Of a stretch of 64,000 nt of DNA, positions 53,704 to 64,000 are shown piece by piece. The DNA is from the human T2T-CHM13v2.0 reference genome, Homo sapiens, in the NCBI RefSeq assembly GCF_009914755.1, contig NC_060930.1. One strand, written 5' to 3'. The notes under the pieces are model-generated. The model made no database searches, had not been told where the DNA came from, and worked only from the letters and a program-made list of their open reading frames with translations. Position numbers and translations under genes: made by a program. Positions within the stretch are counted from its first letter, which is position 1. Each line of letters opens with the position of its first letter.

Positions 53704-55420
53704 AAGGATTCACATCTGTATCTTCACCTTGATTTCCTAAACCAGAACTGAAAGTTATTTGTCAGTCAGGGTGGAGACTTTCTAGCACAGTGGATCTCAT
53801 TACTGGCTACATATTAGAATAACCTCGAAAGCTTTCTAAAAACATCTATGCCTAGACCATATCTGAAGGGTATAAAAAATACAACTCTACCTTTTGATAT
53901 TTGAAATACAACATTTAGCAATTAAATACAGTGGCTTCTTCTATTCTGTGTGTCCTATTTGGTTTTTAACCTACGATTTGAATAGAGGTTCCACAAGGGT
54001 CATATTTTTGAGCATGTGTATTTCCCCAAGTAATGGTGCTGGGTAAAAAGGAGTTGCTCAAATAATACTCTTTGCATTATAGAGATTGAACTGGAAAGAA
54101 GAAAATAATGGGATAATGAGTTCAGAATGAAGCAATTTTTTAAAAATAGTGGTGTCCTACAGCGGTTTGAGCAATATCAAGCAAAAGAAAGGGAAGTAAC
54201 TCACTAGACAGAAGCATGAAAATTGAGAGGATGTGATGAGCTTGAAAGCTGTGCATCAGCAAAGGTTTATTTCTTCCCCAGGGCATTGTGAAAGAGGGTT
54301 GTGGTCATTACTGCCAAGACTGGTGGGGGAATTTCAGGTGCCGTGAGGGGGCAGGTACACTATATCCATCTTATTCAGGTTCTTAGAATAAGAACCTGAG
54401 CTTATTCTAAAATTGATGATAAGAGAGAATTTACAACTGCCAGTGGACATTAAATAGGCCCCTATTCTGACTATTTTATTAAACATTCTTTATATAGTAA
54501 TCTGCTTTTTAAAATGCTGTTTTTTGATTAAAAAACTAGTATTCTAATTGCAATGACCAATTTTAGGAGTTTAAATAAATGTTTTTCTTTGGGGGGTTTT
54601 AATTTCAAAAGGTCTTTTTCTGAGTTTCCCCAAACATTGCTTTGCCTTTCATTTCTTGATGCTTTGTCTAAAAATGGAAGCCGTTATGAATCCCTAACAA
54701 GACCATCTTGTAGATTACAGTTGTCTCTTAACTTTTTGAGAGATGTGGCTCTCAGAATTGTAGGATACATGGAAGATATTGGCTAAGTCAGCAGATTTTA
54801 ACTAGAGTAAGAACTATGATGGCTCTATGTTAATATATAAAAAACAAGAATTGTTGGAGTCAGTAATTATAAAGAGGGATAGCTATCTTATGGTAAACTA
54901 AACAAACTTATTTGAGAATGGGGGCAAAGACTAAATATCTATCCTAAGTTCAGTGTTAGGATGGTTTACATAGTAATTTTTGGGCTACAGGATTATTTTA
55001 AGATGATAGCATTTGTAAGACTGTCCTAGTGCAAATTGTGAATGGCAAGTTGGGGCTATGATTTAAGTATGAAATAGTAAAAGAAGATAGAATTGTTTCT
55101 TTATAGTTATTCAACTAGAGTAGAAGAAAAGGCATTATCTGGGGACATACATACAGTCAAAAAAACAGTGTCATATGAATATAATATAGTTATACTGGAA
55201 GAAGAAGAGCTGCAAAATGTTTCTAGGAAACCTTATGAAGAAAAATACTGTAATTCTAATGTCTTTCTATCAACATAGATTGAGTACCAGAATGTGACAA
55301 TAGTGAACTTAAAATTTTGATACAAGTGGGTAAATTCATTCATGTAAAAATGACTGAGTCTAGTTGAGTTATGACTCATGATTAGAATTGCAAAGATAGG
55401 ATTTTTAAAAAAAAAATTTC

Positions 55421-55722
55421 TATTTTATTATTATTATTTTTATTGCGATGGAGTCTCGCTCTGTCACCCAGTTTGGAATGCAGTGGTGCAATCTCGGCTC
55501 AAGGTAACCTCCACCTCCTGGGTTCAAGCAATCCCTTCATCTCAGCCTCCCGAGTAGCTGGGATTACAGGCTTGTGCTACCATGGCTAATTTTTGTATTT
55601 TTAGTAGTGATGGGGTTTCACTATGTTGGCCAGACTGCTCTCGAACTCCTGACCTCAGGTGATCCAACCACCTTGGCCTCCCAAAGTGCTGGGATTACAG
55701 GTGTGAGCCACTGTGCCCAGCC
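55421..55722 (-). mobile_element. Alu (AluSx/Sz-like)
   Basis: GATGGAGTCTCGCTCTGTCACCCAG...CCTGACCTCAGGTGATCC...GAGCCACTGTGCCCAGCC. Confidence 0.93.
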
Positions 55723-58228
55723 CATCTTTTTCCAAAGAAACTAAAACTTCAAAAAAGAAATTTGTCTTTCCAAACACAGCAATAATTGTGATGGCTTATT
55801 TTTCTCTTTTGGGTCTCAATTCAAAAGTGAATATTATTTGGAAATTTTCCTTCGTGGGAAAGTGAGAATAAGTAATCAGAAATGGATACACTTCTTTTAG
55901 GTAATCCAATATTTTTGAATTTTTTTGAATCATATTTTAGTGTGATCTTTATAAAACACATAAGTCTAAGTCTTCTCTAGTTATTTATCGTGTTCAAGTA
56001 TTTAATAACAATTATATATAAACTTTATATGAAGAGCATTTGATCAATCTGCAGTCTAAAACTTTTAGGTTATACTTAACTTTTTATTAAAACTTCAAAG
56101 CAAGCGATCTTGAGTTTTAATAAAATACACATAAAACCTTGCCTATCTCCCCTCCCCCAGGGTTTCACTTTATGTATTTGTCATGGCTCCATGCTCTTGG
56201 TGTAAATGTCACGTACTTATCTCTTCTCTGCAACAGGGAGTAAAGCTTTAACCAAACTCCATTAAAAAATAATAAGATGACAACTATAGTCAAGTCACCC
56301 ATTTGCACAGAAAAGTGTAAGCGGAGACTTGACTTACACCTGTCAAATAGAAAAGAGTAATTCATTGATCAGGGAACTGGTATTTTTCACTGCATGTCAT
56401 CTGCATTTGTTACAGGTGAGAATCAAATGGAAGCGTGGCCCTTTCGCCTCTAATTTTTCTTTCCTTTAATCTCCACTCCCACACCAGTTGCCTCTGAAGG
56501 CAACATTACCATGGCAAAAGAGTGCTTGCTTTTTCTTTTTTTAAGTAGGAGTTGACATCTGGATGCTTCAAGCTGCCAGGTGGACCCCATGTAGAACCAC
56601 AGCTGTTCTTTCTGGTAACTGGAGAAATAAAGAGCAAGAAGGAGCTGGGTATTCGAAGTCAACAAAGGACAATATACTGTTATCATTTCAATCACACAGG
56701 GCTAGTGATTTGTATTATAATTGCAATACAATATTTTTAAAAGTTAATGTTATTTGAGGAAAAATAACTAGCATGTCATTTTTCATAGCCCCAAAGATCA
56801 CCAAGAAGAGCTAAGCTTTGGCACATAAACCAAGAGAGAGGGAGCAAAGATGATTGTCACAGTTTCTGAAGCCATCAGTTTAATAGAGAGGTTAATGAAA
56901 CAAGAAGTAAAAATAAAATACTTTCTCTAGTTAATCCACCATGATGCCATCCTTCCCATCATCACTTTTTATCATGAGAGATTTTTATCTGCTATTTTTC
57001 CACTTAAATATATTTTTAACTTATAGTTTTATAAAATATAATTTTACTACTAAATTATAATTGCTTTATGTTTATACATGTATATATTTAAAAGTTGATG
57101 ACTATAGATAATTGTATTAGGCTATACAAAAAGTCAAAGTCAAATAAAATATTTTAAAATAACATTTGACTACTTTGTATGGATCAACCATGATATACAC
57201 CTAGATTTCACTAAAACCTCAATATGTTTATACAGTTAATCTAGGCTAAGATAGCATTACTATAACAACACGAGCAAACAGATGGCTGTTAGCAGATTGT
57301 CTTAAGGCAATACTATGTTAATCAATAAGATTACCAGTATAGATTTAGTAGAAGATTTTTGGATTCAGTGTTCATACATTGGTGAGATATTTTACTGAGG
57401 ACAGCATTTCTTATTTTTTAAAACATATATTCATTATATTAGAATGTACATATATTAGATTTAACTGTTATGCTTTTCATTATAAAATATAAAATGAATA
57501 TCTAAAATGTGTTGGAAGGTATCACAAATGCAGAATCGAATGTACCACCAGTTACTTTGTTTACTTATAAATATTCAATTGTTTTTGAGAGCCCTCTCTA
57601 TGCCACAGATTGCTCTAAGATGCTTACATTCTAGTGAAACAAGGCAAAGAATAAACTATAAAAATTTCGGTAAATATTATTAAGAAAACTAAGGAGAGGA
57701 CAAAAGTGACAAGAATACTGTATTAGATGGAGTGATTGGGAAACCTCTTGGATAAGGTCAGACATTTTAAACAAAGATAAGATTGAAGACTGTCCTTGAA
57801 GATTGGGATATGTACTTATCTTAGACAAGATATTTCCAAGTTAATTTGAAATAAGAAGTGGAATTCATGTATTGGTAAATTGCTATAAATATTTCCCTAT
57901 TCAGAAGATATTTATTGAGCACATACTAAGTCCTAAGGACTGTGCTTAGCAGAAGGATTTCAAAGATGAATAAGATACAATCCCTGTCATCAAGAGATTC
58001 ATGAAGAAACACATAAAAAGGTAATTATAATAAGAAATACTAATTACCATGATGGAGCTATAATGCATAGGACACTTAGGTGTAATTCCTACATTTTGTA
58101 TTGATTACACTATTAACAAGGATAGGGCCCCCAACTCTAATTTGTTTTGATGAAAAATTATACTTTCAATTAATGTGGTTACATAATCAGGGGAATTGAG
58201 TCCAATTCTGGCTCTCTGGCTCTAATAC

Positions 58229-58790
58229 TGTATTAGACAGGACTTGTTCTCTTGCATTAATAGAAACCCAACTCTAGTTTAAACAAAAGGGGTATTTATT
58301 AGCTTTTGCTACTGGCAATTCCAAGGATTTTGCACGAGCTTCAGCTACAGGTGGTTTTAGAGGATGTCATGGGATTCGCTCTCTTTCCATTTCTCTGCTC
58401 TGCCTTTCTCAATATTGGCTTTATTCACCAGCAGGCTATGTTTGTGTTGTGACAAAGAAGGCCTTTGGCACCCTAAATATGGGCAACATGTAGCACTCAC
58501 TATCATAAAAGCAGAAAGATTATTCTCTCCCAGCATCCACATCTGTTGCCTGACCTCTGTTCCTGCAAGAATCACAGTTTCCTCCTAGATCAATCACTGA
58601 ATCTACCGTGATTATCCATTCTGGTGGTGGGCTTAAGTCAGCAAATAAAACACAGGGCCATCCACATAAATGACATATCTACCAGAATCCTGCACAGGGT
58701 AGAGTAGACAGTAGGAAAATAGTTCTACTACCGGAAGAAAGGGAAAGAGTACAGTGTTGGCAAAGCCAAACAAATTTTGCTACAGACAGA
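58229..58790 (-). mobile_element. Old MaLR LTR (MLT1K-N-like)
   Basis: TGTATTAGACAGGAC...TAGAAACCCAACTC...TTAAACAAAAGGGGTATTTATTAGCT; highly diverged. Confidence 0.45.
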
Positions 58791-59025
58791 TTCATTCTGT
58801 GACCTTGGTCAAGTCATGTCACTTGACCAAGAGTCTCGGTTTCACCACCCATTACTTGCCAACCTCATAGTGTTAAATTATATAAGGAAGGTTGTGTGCC
58901 AAGGTTAAACATATAGAGAAAAATGCCTAATGAATAACTATATCAGCAATGTTACTACTGATAAACAAATATGGTTTGCATCAGATTTCAGGTACTGGGA
59001 ACTAAAGTATTAAAAAAGATGAAGG

Positions 59026-59270
<245 letters not shown>

Positions 59271-60334
59271 GATAAAGGGTGGACTCTTCCCTTGCAAATA
59301 AAATGAAATGACAGAGCCAGCTAGTCTTGATGCCTGTGTAATCTGCTTGAGTGGTCCCCAAACAGGGAGTGGAAATCTGTCTACTTTGGACACAAGAAAC
59401 CACTTAGTTGCAAGATGTAGCTCTGAATGGAATTTCAACCTAAAAATATGTAAAAGCTGCCTTCTTATTGCTACTTTTTAAATATACTAAGATAATTAAC
59501 ATTTTGGTGAGTTTAAAAAAATGCAGATTCTCTTAGTAATATTCTTATTCAATTAAGCTGATAATTTAAATGAAGCAGTAAATTTAAATATACACTCCCC
59601 TTCTAGAATGATATCAAATTATTTTCATTTTGAATACAATACAAATGTGACATTTTTATGTTTACTGAATTGGCTCTTAGGTAGAATTCTCTTCACTGTT
59701 CAAGGCCAGGTGTTGCAGCCCATGGCCTATAGAACAAATTTAAATTTTTTTCCTGTTTTTGAATTTAATTCTCCTCCTGCTTAGTTCCTACTCTAAGAAT
59801 GATTTTTACATTTTATCTGGCCGTTTTCAGGAAAAGTTGAATGACTCCTTTTTCAAGTTGAGCTTTTTCTTTAGAATTTTATCAACCACCCGCCCTCCCA
59901 CACTTTTTTTTTGCAGTTCCTGTTCCATTCTTGATGAGCAGCTCAGTGTATGTCCCCTGTGCTGTTCCAGACAGTTGATTCAAAAGAATGCCTCTGAATG
60001 GGAACAAGGAATTTTGCCCCAGGTGTACTTTCTGCACATCTTGTTAATTTTACCACTAACATGTTTTTTTCTCCAATACCTTCAGATAGCTTTATGCATG
60101 CCTTCTCTCTCCTAGGATCTGATGATTAGCATCTCCATTAGAGTTCCGACTGAATTTTATCCTTTTATTCTCTGCTCCTTATCACTGATCATGTGGACTG
60201 GCACTGACAGTGTGGGCTTTTGACTGACCGTGGACTTCCTCAAATCTACATACCAGGCCCCTTTTGCCAGCTTATTACTCAGCAGATCTTCAGAGGATAT
60301 ATACAGATTAGGAGATGTAAAGGGGCAGAGCCAC

Positions 60335-60748
60335 TGTGTTGGTTTGCATTCTTCAATAAGCAGACACAAAAGGATGTATTAGAGGGAAAATTGGGGAAGG
60401 TAGGAGAGCTCTCACATCATGATGCAGGCCTGACCCCTGTAAAGTAGAGAGGGAAGGGAGGAAGATTGAGCAGGAAAAGTCAAAGGGATCAGAGTAGTTT
60501 TAAGAAACTTTTGGCAAAGCCTATGTGTAGTCCCTGAGCCAAAGTCACATGGCAGAGGAGTTTGAGTCTCTCAAAAATGTAGCTGCCTCAGTATCCCTGC
60601 TGCGCTCAATCATTGCCTGGGAGCAGCACATGGGAAGCATGGCCTCAGCCAACTCAGTGCTGGATTCAGAATACAGCAATGGGTCCCTTGGTCAATTATG
60701 CTCCTCTCAGTTGCAGTACTGCAAGGCACATTCTCCTGTCTACCACAG
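60335..60748 (-). mobile_element. Old ERVL-class LTR (LTR16/LTR33-like)
   Basis: GATGCAGGCCTGACCCCTGTAAAG...GGGAAGGGAGGAAGATTG...GCTCAATCATTGCCTGGGAGCAGC. Confidence 0.55.
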
Positions 60749-62664
60749 CCATATTGAATGATAAGGACAAAACAGGACATACAGCTAAAGGCTGGGAAGG
60801 AAAGCAGGCCCTGGTCACAGAGAAAGAAATGAGGAATAAGAGAAGGAAACTGGTAGACAATGTGTCTCCCGTCTACTACTACCTTGGATTGATTCTCCCA
60901 GAAGAACTGACTGCTGAGAAAGAAAGAATGGAGTTGCATTGTCCCTCAACACTTACGGAGTTGGGGTAGCCATGTAAGGCAGCCAGCAAGAGTCTGGCAT
61001 GGACCAAAGGGGTAAAAGAAGTGTGTTTAACATGTGTAGGAAAAATATACCTTTCCATCCCATAGCTAGAGAACAGGGCTGGTGAGCAGTCCATTCCCTG
61101 TGCTTTGAAGTCTAGGCTTGACTTTTGCAATTTTCTTCTCATAGGTGTTTCCATTTCTAACTTGTCTCTAAGCCATCTGTTCAAGATGCTGCTGTTCAAA
61201 TAATTTTTCCTGACAGCTGCCACAACAACAGGGAGAATGATGAGCATGGCTGAGCTGCAATTCAGGATAGGGGCTCTTTTTCTATAGTTGCCCTCAGTGA
61301 CATGGCAACAGGCAATTTCCAGATCTGGTGAAGGTAGTCGAAGTATGATGTCTGGTCTATTAAAAAGAATGTCCTTCAATTGATAGCGCTTCCATTTGTT
61401 CAGTTTCCTTTAACATGTTAATTAAGGGAGGAAAAGTGGGAGAAATGCTTCTTAAAATGATGATACATGTGAGATTTTGAACTTCTGCATTTTTTATTTT
61501 AAGCATCTCTAACAAAGCTTGACACTGACCTGGAGTTTTCAGTATAAAAAGGAATGACTTGATATTCTATCAGCTTTGGCTTTCTTCTCATGTGTGTGTG
61601 TATGTGTGTATGTGTGTGTCTTTCTATACTCTCATTCCCAAGAGACATGCAATTTAGCTGTTATGCCCACTGTTTATTTGAAACCAATTTAACAGGTAAT
61701 AAAGGTGAGAGTATTTACCTTTTCAGTGGACTTTCATCTACTTTGTAAAGATTGAGGAGTGCAGAAACGTATGCAAATAAAGCTATTTAGTCTTTTATAA
61801 CTCCTTTGAAACTACAAAGGTAAAACTAACTTTCTGTTCTTTACATTTCCTAAGTTCTTTCTACTAATGTAGGCCTATGTAAGAGATACACATTTTCTCG
61901 GTTTTCCAATAAGCTGTTGTTGGGCTTTCCTTTTGTGTATGTGTGTAGAGAAGTAGCAACTTGCACTTGTTAAGAAATGAATGAGAAAAGAGAACATAAT
62001 CTCTACCAATTTGAGGTTTTGAACACTCTTTTCCAACCAATTTCTTACCCATTTGGAGGACTATATCTCTCAGTCAGATATATGATATACAGATGAACTC
62101 ACTTCCATTTTTTTTCTTTCTCTCTGATTTTTGACATGTGGAGATGGTTTTAGAGTCATTTTCAACTAATTTTTGATTGACGAATATGTCTTTTGTTTAA
62201 TGACATTCCTATCCATTAGAATCATAGGTAAGTTTCTAGCTTTGTACTTCTTTCAAAAGTGAGAGACACTGAGTCTTGAAAAATAACTAACAAAATATAA
62301 TTTCTCAGGGGGAAAAGCTTTTTAAAAATGTTTGCTTTTCCATTTTAATTCTATCTCTATTATCAGCGAATGTGGAAAACATTTTATTGTCTAATTTAAT
62401 GTTAAAGTTATTTTTATAACCAATACATGTGGTGTTTCACGTTATTATTTGTGTAAGAGTTTAGTTAGAATATAGAAAATTCTAATTTTTAAGTAGTGAG
62501 AACTTTTATGAAAGAAGAAAATTCCAAAGCTCACACAAGGAAAAATTTCATATAGCTTTTTTTATATTGTACATGGCTTCTGTAATCTGAAAAGTTACAA
62601 ATCTATAATAAAATAATATTTTAAAATATCATATTAATTTTATTGTTTTTGTTAATTTCTTTTG

Positions 62665-63605
62665 TTTTCATGTTTTAAGATAGAGCAGTTTTAGGTGCAT
62701 AGCAAAATTGAGGGGAGTGGAAAGAGACTTCCCATATATCCTTGTCTCCACACAAGCATATCCTCCCCCATTATCAACATTCCTTACCAGTGTAATACAT
62801 CTATTACAATTGATGAAGCTTGCATTAGCCATTTTCACACTGCTGTAAAGAACTACCTGAGACTGGGTAATTTATAAAGAAAAGAGGTTTAATTGACTCA
62901 CAGTTCCACATGGCCAAAGAGGCCTCAGAAAACTTACAATCATGGCAGAAGACGAAGGGGAAGCAAGCACCCTCTTCACAAGGTGGCAGGAGTGAGAGAG
63001 TGAGGCGGGAAGTGCCGCACTTTTAAACTATCAGATCTCATGAAAATTCACTCACTATCATGAGAACAGCATGGGGGAAATCCACCTCCATGATCCAAAC
63101 ACTTCCCACCAGGTTCTGCCCCTGCCATGTGGGGATTACAATTTGACAGGAGATTTGAGTGGGGACACAGAGCCAAACCATATCAAATCTTCATTGATAC
63201 ATGACACCCAGAGACTATAGTTTACATTAGGGCCCACTCTTGATTTTGAAAATTTTATCTATGGGTTTGGTCAAAAGTATAATTAAATGTATCCATCATT
63301 ATATTATCATACAGAGTATTTTCACTGCCCTATAAATCCACTATCCTCTGCCTATTCATCCTGTCTTCCCACTAACCCCTGGCAACCAATGATGTTTTTG
63401 CTGTCTCCATAGTTTTGCCTTTTCCAGAATATCATGTAATTCAAATCATATAGTATGTAGCTTTTTCAGATTAGCTTTTTTCACTTAGCAGTATGGGTTT
63501 AGGTTTCCTCCATGTCTTTTCGTTGCTTGTTGGCTCATTTCTTTTTAGCACTGAGTCTGGAGGTATCACAGTTTATCCATTTACCTATTGAAGGACATGT
63601 TTGTT
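62665..63605 (-). mobile_element. L1MC1/2-like 3' UTR, interrupted by a THE1 LTR
   Basis: GAGCAGTTTTAGGTGCATAGCAAAATTGAG...; CATACAGAGTATTTTCACTGCCCT; CTGTCTCCATAGTTTTGCCTTTTCCAGAAT. Confidence 0.8.
62821..63185 (-). mobile_element. THE1 (THE1D-like) MaLR solo LTR
   Basis: CATTTTCACACTGCTGTAAAGAACTACCTGAGACTGGGTAATTTATAAAG...GGGGACACAGAGCCAAACCATATCA. Imperfect 5-bp TSD AAGCT/AATCT. Confidence 0.9.
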
Positions 63606-64000
63606 GTGCTTGTTTATACTTTATCATAAACATTGTTATCTTTATCACAAGCATTAACAAATCTCTATTAAATCCTTATAATATGCATTGGCCCATAATA
63701 TTCATGTAATGAACATACTTTTAATTTAAACAGGAATCCAGATTGTTGATTTTGGAAGTTTATTTTTAATTAAAACATTCATGTTAATTGTATTCCTTTT
63801 TTGTCTCTTTTAGTTTTAATTTTATCATGGTGTTTAGCACTAGGAATGTTAGTAAAAAATTTAAGTTAGAAGAAGCTACAGAAGCCCAGAAACTTAAACA
63901 TGAAAGAGGCTGATGGCAGACAGAGATACATACTGCTGGGCTTGCCATATGCTCTACAGGTTTCTTTTACTCCCTGTCAACAAATACTATTTTTGTTCTT

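Noticed and set aside
60610-61379. Cluster of 109-166 aa ORFs
   Set aside because: No recognisable domain, partly overlapping an old LTR, and compatible with chance in locally higher-GC sequence. A BLASTP/PhyloCSF check would settle it.

Overview
AT-rich primate (very probably human or great-ape) genomic DNA that reads as gene desert or a long intron. I recognise no host protein-coding exon, RNA gene, CRISPR array or prokaryotic feature. Most of the ORF track is chance or repeat-derived. The window is dominated by interspersed repeats. (1) A two-LTR HERV-H provirus with LTR7-type LTRs lies on the minus strand (37462-43457, TSD TAATG). It keeps gag zinc-knuckle, protease and pol remnants, a tRNA-His PBS and an expanded 21-bp leader minisatellite. 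(2) A Ricksha (Mutator/MULE) DNA transposon (10636-13040) retains a decayed FLYWCH domain and nested MLT2B, Alu and MER30 insertions. (3) A 5'-truncated L1PA (48314-50855) has an open RT segment and is interrupted by an AluY. There are about 12 Alu/FLAM copies in total, plus MaLR/ERVL LTRs, L1M, L2, MIR and MER elements. The most unusual structure is the outer end of the HERV-H 3' LTR: the LTR-terminal 53 bp occurs three times, joined by a 9-nt tRNA-His/PBS fragment plus non-templated bases, all inside the TSD. Other notable items are a 362-bp tandem duplication flanked by a hairpin and a transposon end, and several small template-switch palindromes. Repeat subfamily names come from recalled consensus motifs, not a database search. 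Mismatch counts were done by eye.
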